Origin: Phoronis australis
Taxonomy: Eukaryota > Animalia > Phoronida
Assembly: GCA_002633005.1 (NCBI GenBank)
Contig: NMRA01000529.1
Span: 1-64,000, forward strand
DNA length: 64,000 nt
Reading direction: 5' to 3'
Within the stretch, counting starts at the first letter, position 1; every line of letters starts with the position of its first letter. Positions 1-14,900 of this stretch are shown piece after piece. Made by a program: the position numbers and the translations under genes. Below the pieces are notes generated by a model. That model saw nothing but the letters and a program-made list of their open reading frames with translations. It searched no databases and was not told where the DNA came from.

Positions 1-594
1 TATTTTCCAAAAACTTAAGTTTTTTCGCCAAAAACTTAAGTTTTCAGCGAAAAACTTAAGTTCATTTTTGTAAGGGATCGAATTGTTCTTTAGCCAAATC
101 TGTGTGATTTAAGAGATTGGAAAGACCTGACAGTTGATTAATACCTTTAACCGATAGCCAGACGGCTTTGTTGCAAGTTGGCTTAGCAAGTTGTCAAGGC
201 GTGACATTCTACTTAAGCTGTTGTCACCGCGTGACATTTTACTTCGCCGGCAATGGTCTCGAGCGATGACGAACTGTCGACAATCACTTTTCATCAAAGT
301 AAGGAAAAAGTTGAGAGCATTTTTTGTAGCAAATTTGTCTAAATCAAAAGTTTAGTTTCTTCGACGGAACGTGGGCTAATTGAGTAGGCCTAGCTTTACG
401 ACCCGGTTATGCGAATTTAATATAACTACGCAAAGCTAATAGGACAGGCGTGGCTTTATATGGCCTTATCGGATCGCAACATGTTTAACGTAACTAGCAA
501 ATTAATCATTTCAGTGAGACCCGGCACAAAACCTTAATTGTGTACATGTATGCCATTTTACTGTGCGAGATTTTCTTAACTGTTACTTCTTCAG

Positions 595-1147
595 TTCCAG
601 CTGGTTTTTTCCTGAGTTGAAGTCAGGCCAACATTCTATGATAAGCGACTCTGATGGAAAGAACTACCCATGGTATGGAAGTCGGACAGAGGTCGCCACT
701 GTCAAAGGTCCCTGCCCGACAGGAATTGTACGCATTAACATGAACGACAACTTCTACCCACATATAACGTGGGCCGTTCCCGTGGGCAACTCAAAAACGC
801 CACAACTCTCTCACATCCGGCGCGACCAGAGTTTCTACACGTGGCTCGTGGCGCACAACGTCACAACCGGAAGCTATTACATTCTTAAAACCATCTTCTG
901 GAGAGTAATTTTGGAGATCGTTGTCGACCCAACGAAACCACGGGGTCAAAGGTCAATGCTTGTCGGAAACGGTATCCAGGAGCAACCAAAAATACTACCT
1001 CACAACATTGATATACCAAGGAATGCGTTTAACCCACCGAACGCGAACAGTGCGCAGACGTTGGTCTGGTATCCAACAATCGGCCCTACAGTTGTAATTG
1101 TACCGCCAAAGATAATACCAGCCCAGAACATGGATTCAGAAGAGTAA
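595..1147 (+). CDS. FAM78: FAM78 family protein, terminal coding exon (5' exon(s) not found in window)
   Basis: Acceptor ttacttcttcag at 594. Translation SSWFFPEL..ISDSDGKNYPWYG..MNDNFYPHITWAVPV..RDQSFYTWLVA..PNANSAQTLVWYP..VIVPPK matches the remembered FAM78A/B second-exon sequence. Stop TAA 1145-1147; AATAAA near 1230 and 1333. Confidence 0.93.
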
Positions 1148-1956
1148 GGTTGATTTTAAATCATTTTGTAGGTCTTCACCTTTATGATGCTACAAGATCA
1201 CAAAAGATATTCAATTATAGATGGAAAATAATAAATAGGTCTATAGGCAAAGTGCGCTGCAACAGCACAATGCATGTCTGCATATGTGCTTTTTAAGAAG
1301 CTATTTATTTTTCAACCAGTTTAAGCATCAAAAATAAATCAATAGGTTTATAGTTCTGGGTCAGTTAGGTGTAAATGGAACGCGAATGTTACGCCCGGCG
1401 TTATATTTTCGTGTTACTAGAAACTCAGCCCATTTCACTGCACATACATATAGTATATTGATGGGTTCGTCAAGTGTGTGAATTAGAAACATATTTCCGT
1501 TAACAAACCCAGTAAAGCTCCGACTAGAACACGGGATTACAACCACATATCTTGAGCGGTTCGCACAAACAAAGAACTGAAAATGTTAATAAATAACTTG
1601 ATTTCGATATCAAGTACAAAGGTGTTCAATTTTGAGTTCAATTCAACCCTCGAGGTGTTACAGCAATACACGGTGTGCCTTCTGCAGACGCAAGGACCTC
1701 GCGGAAACGCAAGACTTCGCGACATATCTATATATACAAGCGAAGCACAGGGTCACATTAGCTTTCTTCGCGAGATTCCGCGGCTTGCAACTCAGTCCCG
1801 GTGACAGACATGAGCCGAGAACGGTGCTAATGAGTGCAGCTCAGATGCTAATGAGTACATGGGCTCGTTGTTAGGATAGCTTGGGATTCGAAGTTGAGCC
1901 CATAATCCGGAACTTTGGCGCGCGTGCCCATAAGCGAGCCATTCGAGTATTTTTAA

Positions 1957-3146
1957 AGAGTTCCCACCATGACCCTGTGTCTCAAAAAGGAATTTTATTA
2001 TTACATCTTAACAGATTTAATAGCCTTTAATACACCTGTTGCTACGAAACAATCTAAAAATTTTAAAAATATATTTTTCTGTTATCGAGTTTGTACGCAA
2101 TGGGTGGAATACCGCCTCAGCCGTTGTTGTTTTACCAGTGCGATATTGAGGAGTTGTGAGGAAAGTCCGCGTGGAAACGTATTTTTCAGACATGAAAAGG
2201 TGCGTTTGTGGAAACTGTGGTAACAACAACTTGACTGTGAACGTCTTAGTGTTCAAATTTCCTATATACGTGAAAGTTGCACAAAAATGGCATCGGTTTG
2301 TCATGGGCGGCGCACCATAGGGGCCTAGGGTAGGGCTATAGCCCCCCACTTTTTCAGGGCTAAGCCGCCCGTGGTCTATAGGCGGTGCAACACAGGAGGG
2401 CTGGGGGGTTAGCCCCCACTTTTTTCAGTGCTGCGCCACCCATGATTGTGCGCCGAACAAGAGTGTGGAGTGTCAGTGTGGAACATGAGATTCAGTTTGG
2501 CGTTAGCCACACTTTGATCGGCACATTTCAAAGAATCGTGTTTCGACCACACACATAAGCGCCCAGATCGAGTGCTACTACAAGTAGGCTTATGCATATT
2601 GTGTTTAGACTGTGCTCATTCCATCACGGCAATAGTGAATACGAGTAACCCAGGTTGGCTGTGGCCTTTGTCAGTAATTATTAAGAGTCTATTTTGTGAG
2701 TAGTGACCACCACTTGGTAGAGTTGGTTTTGGCTCACATATGTCATTTCTCGTGCAAGTGGGTCGAGTTCATACGGCATGAAACCCGACGAAAGTTCGCT
2801 AAATGGGAAATCGAATTCATTGTCTGATTCTTCAAGTACTTGAGTATAAGTGCCCGTATCCACTCTCCTGTCGGACTGCATAATAATTGTCCAATTCTCG
2901 CCTAATATTGTCATTGTCTTCTGACCTGCAGTGTTCCGACATTGCAAATGATTGTCAAGCGGCCAACCGTCTTCCACCCATTGCATCATTTGGCGGGAAA
3001 CTTAGAAATAAGTAATTTTTCTTCAAAATTAAAAAAGTTGCCAATATTTGGCATAAAAAGTGCCTATTTAGCAAGATTTTATGGTATTCGATTCATATTA
3101 GCTAACTGAAACCTGAAAAAGTAAGAAAATGCATGGTGGGAACTCT
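1957..3146. mobile_element. Non-autonomous Kolobok-like DNA transposon
   Basis: Perfect 15-bp TIR AGAGTTCCCACCATG / CATGGTGGGAACTCT with TTAA on both sides (1953-1956, 3147-3150). AG termini plus a TTAA TSD fit Kolobok rather than piggyBac. Confidence 0.75.
2302..2444. mobile_element. Small MITE nested in the Kolobok-like element
   Basis: TIR CATGGGCGGCGCA / TGCGCCACCCATG, internal G/C-run repeats (TAGCCCCCACTTTTTCAG twice), imperfect 5-bp flanks tttgt/attgt. Confidence 0.5.
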
Positions 3147-5963
3147 TTAAAAGTGGCACTCCGGACTTAGTAGGCGGATCCCATCCGCTAAATCTCGATC
3201 TTGAATTTGCAGTTAAGATTCTTGCCAATGGTATCTAGATTCTCACACTACGCCTTCGCGTATTGGTGTACATTGAACAACTAATGCCGGTACAGATGTA
3301 GAAACCATGGGCTCTCTATCAGCCACCCGAAGGTATCCAAGAGCGATGTATGGTCACACAACAGGCGGTTCTGGAACAACACAGATCTCGGCGGCCACGT
3401 GGGGGGTTCACACGAGACACTTCATCTGCGGTTTTTACCCACTATGACGCACAAACTAACCTACTGCTTACGGGGCTTAAGTTTCCAAAACACCTGTATT
3501 TTAGCCACAGTCTGTTTTAAGCGTTGGGGTAACAAAACCCCACATGTTAGCGTAGGATTTGTCTCATGCGAAAATGGTGAGGACCAAACTAGTCAACAGA
3601 AAGGCACCAGAAGCAAAAACCGTGGAATTTTCCCTCCTTTAATACAAAAGATTGATTGGAAGGCCCAAACAATTTTGGCTGGACGGATGAATCGCTAGAT
3701 TAGTCACAACCGGCCAAATTTAAAAGAAATGTTTCAACTGAACGTTGTAAACATGATGTGAACTTTCAATTGTAGGCCTACATTAGAAATCAATATACCA
3801 TACTGAATAAGGATACTTTAAATTTCGCCAAGTATTTGTTAGCAGCTGGTAGCAGACAGACGAGGTATGTACATGTGCGTACTGTAAGTTTTTGTAATGT
3901 ATTGTACATGTATACGAGCCTGACGCCTTTTGTATAATAATGACGAAATAAAAATCTTATTAATGATTCCAGGTCTTTGGTTTAACGTGAAGCATTTTAA
4001 GCTACTGGACTGAAGAAAGCATAAGTTATGCGAGATACACGGGGAACCAAGACGGCGACATTGTCCAAGGGTGGAAATTTAATTGGTGACGTGGTCTGCT
4101 GAAGAAAAGATGTGATATGTTATGCCACTGTTACCGAACTTCCGAGTTCAGTAAAATGTCTAAATACACGAGATAATGTACATGAAGAATGCCTAAGTTG
4201 GGGAAAAATGAATAGGCTGAACTTTTCAGAAACGTGTTTACTCAAAAATGAAATTATGTATGATATCTGTGATGCTGTTATAAATTGATCAACATTCACG
4301 GTCGTTAACAGTAAAGAAAAAATGGCAGTAACAATTTGACATTCTGACTAAGGCTCAGTAATGACACAGTCACGAACGTTAAAGATATTTTTTGTACTTT
4401 TCAGTTCAGAATTTAACACCAGGTGAATGTTATGAAAGGATAATAAAAGGTCAATAAGAAAACCCAGCAAAGTCTCGAGATATTCCATTTTAGGGTTGGA
4501 GGAGTACGTCATGTAACTAGTCGGCACAGTGGCTTAGAAGTTTGCAGATGGTTTTGAATCATTCTGGTTCACACACAATAATCCTTTTGGAATTGACATG
4601 CAAGGTCAGTTCAGTGACTGATTAANTCTCCTAGACTCCATTTGACAGTTTGGGGGTTCGAATATCTGGCGGGCATAATCCTGGCTAATACTCTGTCCTG
4701 CACCCTCTAACTCAAAATCCTGGATCCGCCCCTGCAGTTCACTGTGAGCCCTGTTCCTCACACAGCTGTCCAATTTGGCCTGTGTAACCAACACACTTTA
4801 CCAAAGGCTTTATGGTCCTGGCAGAGAAGATAATATTTTTGTAATGAGAATGAGAATGAGAAATATTTATTGTACCTAGACCTTGGGCTCATAATACAGT
4901 TTACTTTGCAACTTTACAGGGATAAAATTTCAGCTCTTGGCCCTGTTGCTCTTGAAATAATGTCAAGCTTAAAAGTTCACAAAGATCAAGGCTTTGGAAT
5001 ATCAAGTTTCACTAACCCCTAATGATTTTAAATAACGCAGAACGACATACCATGATACAGAGAACGAAACTCAAATTACAGTCATTTACAAAGTAAACTT
5101 AAACAAAACTCTGTTAGACTCTGCCAAACTAGTACAAGCTTCACGCCACAATTATTTTGCAGTTTATTTAAAATTTTGCAACAATAAAACAGTGTTCAGT
5201 GCCACATTAATGAGCCTAGCCAAGAACAGTTTATTAGAAAATTGACTTGCAATCTAAACTATTGCAACTTGGACAATGCACGTGACACAACACCCGTTGA
5301 GAATTTGCAGACTCGAAAAGGGTTAGTTGAGGTTATGGTTTTGTATGTTGGACCTTAGACAAATTTCGACGTCATCCAGTATATTTTGAAAAATCAAAAC
5401 ACACATGAGGGGCAATAAACATGAAGCCTTCACTGAGCAAAACTTAAAATTGGTATATTTCACAAACTGTCCAAAAGAACCGAACAGGTTTTAACTTTTA
5501 CTTCCGAAAAGGAATTCCGATAAAATATCACAATTGACAAACGTAATTGCCAAAATTGCTCTATTCTCATGTTCCAATGACTCAGTCTCAGATATTGTCT
5601 GCTGATGGCTATGGTACAGTAGTTGAACATTGAAGAGTGTTATGAAGGAAATCTATTACAAAAAATGACTTGTCCACCATATTATGTCCTAACTTGGTTA
5701 CTCTTTACTTCCTTCCCCAACTAAAAACAATGCAAAGCTCACTATTGAAACACACATACACATGTTCCCAGTAATAAAAATACATATTTGCTGAGACAAT
5801 TAACAAGTTGATTTCAGGCAGTCTGTGCTTTAGTGTTGAAGTTTGAACAGTCACCACTATTGCTAGGGTACACTGCAGATGTACACGAATACACTGGTCA
5901 TCCATTTCTGTCGACAACTCAAACATCACATGACATGCAGCAGCTGCCAACATTCTCATTAGT

Positions 5964-8900
5964 TTAAGATCTGTAGTTGGTGAATGAAGGGCTTTGTCTG
6001 AAATTAAAGATATACATGACAGACAAGGCATATTAAACAAAAAAAATATTCTCAAACAATGACAAACACTATTCCACAAAACAGAACACATTGAGGGCTG
6101 TTTCAGAAAAAAATGTATGGGAGGGGGGAAGGCACTTTCATTTTTTACCCACCGCCCACATTTTTATTTTATTTCTCCAACCCACGACCCATAATTTTTA
6201 ATTAGGTTGAAATATAAAATAGGGTTTTTGAGATAATCAACCTGTCTTGTCAAAAACTAAAATGGCCAACAGGAGGTGCTATGGTAGCCAAATCTGTCCA
6301 AAAATCGACTGGTGGCAAATTTCATCATGATCCGTTACGCGGTTTCAAGATAATTGACGGACAAGCAATGACTAGAGCAGTCAAAACTAACAGGGTGCCA
6401 CAAGAGTAGAATCCATTAAAAAATTGACTGGTGCCGGCACAAGCTTTCCATATACCTGTTTCGAATTTCATCGTGATCCATCAAGCAGTTTTGAGATAAT
6501 GGACAAACAAAGAATGGCTTGTCCAAAACTAAAGCAGCCAGCATGGGGTACCACGGTAGCCAAATACCTCCGAAAACCAACTGGTGCTAGCGCATTCCTG
6601 CCAAGAACCGGTACACCAAATTACATCATAATCTGCCAAGCGTTTCTTGAGATAATTGATAGACAAGAAATGATAATGACAGACGGACCGACCACAAAAT
6701 TTTTGTGTGTACAGAAAAATTCCATGTGAGATCACAACTCATGTCCGTTACCACAAACTTGCTTTTCAAAGACACCAGTGAGCAATACTTTAGGCAGCCA
6801 CCAGGTGTCTCTGTCCATCATGTGTCTGTAATTCCAATATTTTTTCAATTTCATGGATTTACGAATCGCAAACTGTCTCCATGAACGCTTATAAGCTGCT
6901 ACGCCAAGTGAATATTGGCTTTTGTCAGTCTCACTCCTCATACTTTTCATTTAAAAATCATTAAATATTCTCAGATGTGTTAACACCAGTTTAGTGTCTG
7001 TATTTTCATTCTAATGTGACTGCAGTACCAAACGTTTCCCATGACTAGACTAATGGCATAGTGTACTTATTGCACTCAGTACACTAGCAACCTGGGCTTG
7101 TTTTGATGTTTGTTGGATATTTTTTGGGTATCTGCGGAGTGAATTTTTGGTGAGTTTCAATTTCTTTAGAGAGGGTATTGAGCTCAGTGTCTAAATTTTC
7201 TTCAGAAGACAATCACCCATAAATTATTATTTCAACTGCCTTCCCCCCTCCCATAGGGATTTTAATGGAACAGTCCAGATTCTTTTCTTCAACAACTTTG
7301 TGATAATTTGGCCAATGTACGTATCTGACCTGTGCAGCAATTGAAGCCCACTCTGCTTCAACATCAATGTCTACTCTCTACAGGGAGACAAATGCGACAT
7401 CTTGCGGCAGTTTTGGACAAATACCAACAGAACAGGTTAACAGCCTAAATATCAAGTCAGCCTCTTGTTAAAGCAACAAAGAGGTCATTCTTACGGACAC
7501 GTTTTTCCAGAACTAAAATACTAAAGATGAAGCTTTGAACAGAAGCCAGCACATTTAACGAATAATTCCAGAGTCTGAGACACTCTAGACACGTACTTAT
7601 TTGAACCACAGCAATTTATAACAGTTCAGAGGTACAATGACTAATAAGGGAAAAACTTAAATAACACTCCCGTCAAACAGTGAAAAATTGCCTTTGCCTA
7701 GTGCCCATTCCAAAGTCATGAATTGAGATGTCCGCAACATACTGGAGACCTAAGGTTGAACAGGGACTCGCATATGTTCCCAAAATTTTCAGCACAATTG
7801 CATATAGCACTATGTTTAGTCACTAATTTAACTGTTATGTTTCTATCACTTTATCTTTATTGAGAGCACTTGCTCTACTAATGACAGATACATTCTGAAA
7901 ACTGTGCTTTTATCTGATAAAAATAAACAGAATTAGTCCTAAAAAGGACGGGTGCTACATGAAAATATCCTTATTAATTTTCAAAATAATATTAAAAATT
8001 CAACTGAATGTTTTCACCTGGTACATGTATATAAAAGGGCTGAAGTTGATGTGACAAGGAAGACAAAACAGTAGAAGAAATGCAAATGCACTGGAAATTT
8101 AGGGAATATAGTTGAGGCTATATTGGGACTGTATCATGCAAACTGGCCACTGGGTTAAAGGTCGTAAGTTCAGACAGTCGTAACTTTGATATTAATACCG
8201 GCAAAATTCAATAATGGGGCTTGTGAAGGCAATGTTCAGTCTCAATATTGATCAATTTCACATCAGTTGCAACTTTTTATCTATTCTGAAAAAAAGCAGT
8301 GTAAGTTCTGTAAACAACGTGCCTATAACCAAAATGGCGGCGGCGGTGATTATCACATTTAGTGCATTTGAATGACCACACCTTGGACTCCAACAATATA
8401 GACCATGATTAAAAACCTTAAAGTAAGCAACATTTTACCCAATTTGTCCAAAGTTCGAGCCACCTCCTCCAAGATTACCAAAAGAGGGTGTATCACCACC
8501 TTGAGCCATGCTACCGAACGTGGGCGATGCCTGGGCCAGTGCACCAAATGAGGGAGCTTGAGAACTGTTGCCAAAGCTGAAATGGAACATCACTTGACGT
8601 GTGATATCATGGAAATACACTAGACATGTTTTATTGGCAGGTACACATGCCATGGAAATATACTGGACTTTGTTTAACGGCAGGTACACATGCCATGGAA
8701 ATATACTGGACTTTGTTTAATGGCAGGTACACATGCCATGGAAATATACTGGACTTTGTTTAATGGCAGGTACACATGCCATGGAAATATACTGGACTTT
8801 GTTTAATGGCAGGTACACATGCCATGGAAATATACTGGACTTTGTTTAATGGCAGGTACACATGCCATGGAAATATACTGGACTTTGTTTAATGGCAGGT

Positions 8901-11900
8901 ACACATGCCATGGAAATATACTGGACTTTGTTTAATGGCAGGTACACATGCCATGGAAATATACTGGACTTTGTTTAATGGCAGGTACANATAAATGACC
9001 CAGAATTCACTGTCATGACGACTGGGTGGAAATCGAATTCATCGCCACGGTAGTCTTCCCTCTTTACTGAGAATGAATTGGTAATGTGGCCAAGTCATAA
9101 TATAGTCATTTTTTGATGTTAACAGAGTTAGTCGTCATGACAGAGAGAGTTATTTTATCTGATTACTTTTGAAATGTAGATCAAAGCTCAAAGTGTGTAC
9201 TTAAAAATCATTCAATTTCAAAGAATCGTTTTTTATTTCACAACAGACAAATATGATTGTATAATACTACTAGACAAACATGACTTATGGATTGCTCACT
9301 TAACTACATAGCACATTCTTTTTAGGGACACCATGTTTGGTACTTGAAAAAACTTACAGGACAGAGTTCCTTTTACAACGGTTACCACTCAATCTTTCTA
9401 TTGAATCAACGGAGAGAAAACTGCCAGTGTCCCTTAATCTTGATTAAAAACACATAAGAGATGCTCTAAGTATATATAAGCTCACTTCTTCAATAACAAA
9501 TCATCTAGAACATAAGTCTTGTTTACAAATTAAACACAATAACACTAAATAATAAAAAGACAAAGTGTAATGAAGCTTGTTAAAGGGGACTTGAAAGCTC
9601 GCAATAACTAGATAGCTGCAACACCACAGTCAAGGGTGACACACACTCAGATGAACCAGCACTATATCAACACAACATACCATCAATAATCAGACGAAAC
9701 AACCAGCAATTCCCGTCATGACGACTGAGAGAAAGATTAATTCTCGTCATGACAGGTGTCAGTGCTAGCATAATTCACCATCAGAGAAGATAGAATGGAA
9801 AGTCATGATTGGGAAATGATATGTTGTCGCCTTGCTTTTGACTGGCACTGAGTGCATGCACTGTGTGCAGGTATGACAAAACCATCATGAGTGCTTTTTA
9901 ACATGTACATGTAATTTGTCAAGTCATTCTCCTTATGACAAATGGGAAGGCCTAGAAATGAGAAAATGCATGGTGCACCCGCTACACAGAATTAAGTTTC
10001 TTTCAAATACATACATACCCTGAGGAATCACCATTTGAGCCAAACACAGCACTGCCCGATGGAAAACCACCTCCAAACGTTGGCGTTCCTCCAAATGGCG
10101 ATGTCGCTCCAAAGGTAGGCGCACCACCAAATGTGCCGCCTGGACTGCCAAACTGTGGACCACTGCCAAAGGATGGTGCTCCACCAAAGCCTGAAAAATT
10201 ATGAAAAATTAATAGGTTCCCATTACAGCACATAAAATCAAGTTAACTTGTAAGTTGTTGACTGGACAGCTAAGAGACCATGACGCAGAGCTGCTGTGCA
10301 TATACTTTTCATGGTTCTTAAAACAACAGAAAATTCCAATGTCAGAAAAAATTCCTTTACAATGAAACAAAACAATGCAGTCACCTGTTCCACTACTGGA
10401 TGTGCCAAATCCTCCGAAGCCTTGTGACATCACGGTAGCGCCACCTGCAGTAAATGCTGATGACCCCGAGGAGGGGCTTGAGAGCGACTGACCAAATGTT
10501 CCCTGGGTGGGACCAAATAAGTCTGGAAGTAGTGATGAATAGTTTAATACTTACGACTGCGTACTAATAATTAAGTTCAAGATGGGTGCATTTTAATAGA
10601 ATTGAAAATTAACAAAGACAGAAAAAGTTCCTGTCTCCTTGTCTGTCCTTGGCAAAGTTGACTGCATCAAATATGCTAAGTTTAATTCTAAGCTTCTCAT
10701 TGTTATTGCCACACAGTAATCCCCTAGCAAGGCATATTTCCACACAGTTAGCTCCAGGCATGACCTATTTATTGCTTTTCTAGTACTCCAAATATGTGCC
10801 CAGGCACACATTCGGAAACGTTAAATGTGCAAGCAACACGAAAGGGAATGAGGACCGACAAGTGAAGTTAAGAGAGTTGATGGTACTCGTGGTACAATAA
10901 GTGTAGTGAAGCGCCATCTATTGCATTCCAACATATTGATTAAGCTACCAAATCTGTATGTTTTTTGGCTGTAATGGAAGACTCTCCACTATTAAATTAG
11001 TTGTGTTAATATCTGAATAGCTGTTGTTACTATCATGGCATACTACTGTTAGCTAAGTTTATTTGGTGGAGTAGTTGTCCTTACTATGGCCTACTACAGT
11101 TAGTTTTGTTTTGAATTAACATTTAACGCTTAATGACACTGTTAATTTTGGGAGAACCTACAAACGATCCAATTTTTAATTGCGGCTCTGAGAGCAGACC
11201 CATTAGCACAGATTCGTAAATTTTACAAACAATGCAAAATGTGCCTTTATTTGGCACAAGGGGACCTGTTCACCTAAATTCCGACAAGTGGTGTACAGGC
11301 CGTCACTGTGAAGACAGAATACAATAGTCAGTGTATACAGTCTGTCACTGTGAAGACAGAATACAACAGTTAGTGTAATAGGCCATCACTGTGAAAACAG
11401 AATACAAGTCAGTGTATACAGGCGGTCACTGTGAAGACAGAATACAACAGTCAGTGTAATAGGCCGTCACTGTGAAGACAGAATACAACAGTCAGTGTAT
11501 ACAGGCGGTCACTGTGAAGACAGAATACAACAGTCAGTGTAATAGGCCATCACTGTGAAGACAGAATACAACAGTCAGTGTAATAGGCCATCACTGTGAA
11601 GACAGAATACAACAGTCAGTGTATACAGGCCATCACTGTGAAGACAGAATACAACAGTCAGTGAATACAACACAGCTTTGTACATGACTGATGTCTGGTC
11701 TTGAAACATGATTACGCCCAGTTTAATAAAAGTGCTATGCAGTTAGATGTCGAATCAACACACAAGTTTAACTTACATATTTATTTTGATACTCACATGT
11801 TTGGGAGTATTGCTAAAAATACTAAGTTAACTAAAAGATAGCATGGGAAATACTTAATGGTGTGAAAGGGGTATCAACCATTTGGTAATGAATTGGCTCA

Positions 11901-14900
11901 CATACCATGCTTTTGCTACACGCTTTGCTTTATTGACTAACTTTCCAGTAGCAATGGTGTGAATAGGGGTATCAACCATTTGGTAATGAATTGGCTCACA
12001 TACCATGCTTTTGCTACACGCTTTGCTTTATTGACTAACTTTCCAGTAGCAATGGTGTGACTATTTAGAACTAGACACCAGTGACGTCTAGAGGATGAGG
12101 AGGTGAATTAAAAATGCATCACTTCTAATCACATACACTGGAGAAGGAACTTTTACTACACCACCCACTGAAAAGAAGAAGTACCTCCTGGCACAGCTAG
12201 GTGGCGCTAAGAGTCACCAGTCTCGAGATCAGTCTGAATTTTCCCACTGGCAGGGAGCTGATGACAGGGACATAATACCCACATATAAGCATGTAACACC
12301 TGTGCACCTGAGCGTATGAATCCTATTGACTAAGGACTAGTGAAATGGCAATCTGGCGAGGTCAGCGGATGTTTCGAAAATAACAATTATCGTTGACATA
12401 CCCAGTATATACTAGGAACAGCTCATGATTGTAAAACTTGTACATTCCAACGAATGAAGTTTGAACAAGTCCTTCAGGCAACAACGTTATGAAAAATACT
12501 GAAATGACTTCTCAAAAAGCATTGAGTAAGTGCAATTATTATTTTTGTCCAAAACTGGTGAGATTTTACACCAGCATGATACTGGTGAAGACACCTATTT
12601 GCATTGTGCAGAATTAGTAAAAAAACACGTTCCATAGGTGAGAGTCACACAGTGCAAACTTACTGGATGTACTGTTTGGTGTAATAGGGGTATTGATGCC
12701 AAATGGATTCTGACTGGCCTTCTCCGCACTAGGCTTTCCCCCCAGCCCTCCAAACAAGCCACTGCCACCAGATGGAGTGGAGATCCCTGATGAACAAAAA
12801 TAATTAAGAATGACTTTCATTAGCGCATAGTCATTGTATTGGAATTGGGCTTTCAACAGCACAATAAATGTACTTGAGCACTGTTTAACACTATATTAAC
12901 TTGGGAGGTCCCATTTCACACAACAGCGAGTGTCGAGTATTTGTCAATTTGCAAACTCCGCAACAAATAGAGTCGCGAGCTAAGACAAGTAAACAATTCT
13001 TATTTTCTATAAATCAACTCATTCTCATTTTATCTTACTTTGAAACTGGCTATTTTTGATTCACGAGTGAAGCTCAATACATCTTTCAACAAAATAATGC
13101 AGCTCTAAAACAAAATGAAATTTGCATACATCAGGCTTTTTCATAGACCATAATTTGATTTTCCACAACAATGCAATGTAAAGCAAGATTTAATCAAGAA
13201 AAACCTTAGGCTGCTAATTTGCACTGCTTGGATTGTTGCCAACAATTCAGTCTATACTTAAAGACAGAGAATAGAGAGTATACAACTTATAGTTAACACT
13301 ATAATGCTAAGGAGGTCCACATACCTGATCCAAAAATGCCGGTGGTGGAGGACGCAGAACTACCAAAAGTGGGTTGAGACTGTCCAAACACTCCGGGGGT
13401 TGAAGTGCTTGTCTGTCCGAATATGGACCCTGAACCTGTAGACTGACCAAACAGTGGTGTCCCACTGGCGGCTGGTTGGCTAAAACCAAATATGGGAGGA
13501 GCAGAACTGGCTGGAGGCTGACCAAAAGGGGGCGCTGCGGATGTTGTCTGACCAAAAACAGGAGTCGAGCTAGAAGTTGTCTGGCCAAACATGCCACCAG
13601 TAGGTGTCGTTGCTTGCGCAAAGAGAGGAGTTGTCATCTGACCAAAGGTGTTAGCACTTGAAGATTGACCAAAGATACCAGAGCCTCCACTCCCGAACTT
13701 CCCAAATACAGACGTTGAGGACAATGAGGAGTCTGATGGATGGTCACTCACAGTTGAGGCTAGTCCTGTTGATTGTCTAAAGTCAAAACCTGTGCCTGTA
13801 GTTGTGGCTGCAGAGGAAGTTTGACCAATCGTGATAGAGCCCGACGAAACTGCTGCATTGCCCAATGTTGAAGTAGCCTGTTGACCAAACACAGATGTTG
13901 TCTCACTTTCGGACTTTCCAAACATAAAAGCTGAGCCAGAAGATGTTGTGGTTGCAGGCAACTTGACCTGACCAAAGAGTCCTGTGCCACCAGTGCTGAC
14001 TTTCCCAAAAGTAAAAGTTGGCTGACTGGACGTGACAACAGTCGCAGAGGTTGCTGATTTATCTGGAGCAAACAGAGAACTGTCTGCTACAGCAGCTGCT
14101 GTAGAGCTTGTGGTAGGGGATTGGTCCGAAGTCGACTCAGATTCGTCATCGGCAGACACCTGGCTCACCACTGTCCCACCATCCGATCTGCCACCACCAG
14201 ACTGAAAATTATCACTAGATGTCGATTGCCTGAATATTGAAATACTTGTTGTTGGTTTGCCAGCTTCTGCGTTGGTGGTTTTGACAGATTCAGATGTTGG
14301 CTGCTCGAACACAACAGAGGGCGTTGGTGTTGGTGTTGTAGTCACAACATCAGACAAGGTGGTATCAGTCCCAGCCTGTGGTGCAAACAGAGGTACCTTA
14401 ACTTTGGATGATGGCTTCTCCAGTGGTGCAACGTCGCTGGAGGCTGATTCAACAGTCACATCGCCAGTGGGCTGTCCACCAAATACAGACTTCTCAGCAG
14501 TGGGTTTACCAAATAGTGGCTTCTCTCCACTGGACGACTGGCCAAAAAGTGGCGTTGAACCTGCTGGTGGCTGCTTCTCAAATGACACTGCAGTCTCACT
14601 ATTACTGGGAACGTCTATGCTCTCACTAGATGGAGGTTCGTTTTTAACTTCGTCAACTGTCTGATTAGACTCAACGTCCACGTCTGACAGATCCTCCGAG
14701 TTCTCTTCAAGATCAAGAGCAGTCTCCGGCTTAGACACTTCAGCATTGCTGATGTCCGCAGATGTTGAGCGTGATTCGTCAGATGGCTTAGTCACTGTCG
14801 CTGAAGCTGGAGGCTGACCAAAAATACCTCCACTAGATGGCAGTGATGTTCCAAAGGATGGTGTGGTCTGGCCTAAGTTGAATGTTGCTTTCCCAGATGA

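Noticed and set aside
8636-11665. Regular 41-43-bp repeat arrays (8636-8989, 11295-11665) as CRISPR
   Set aside because: There are no unique spacers and no cas genes, and the context is a eukaryotic intron. These are plain minisatellites.
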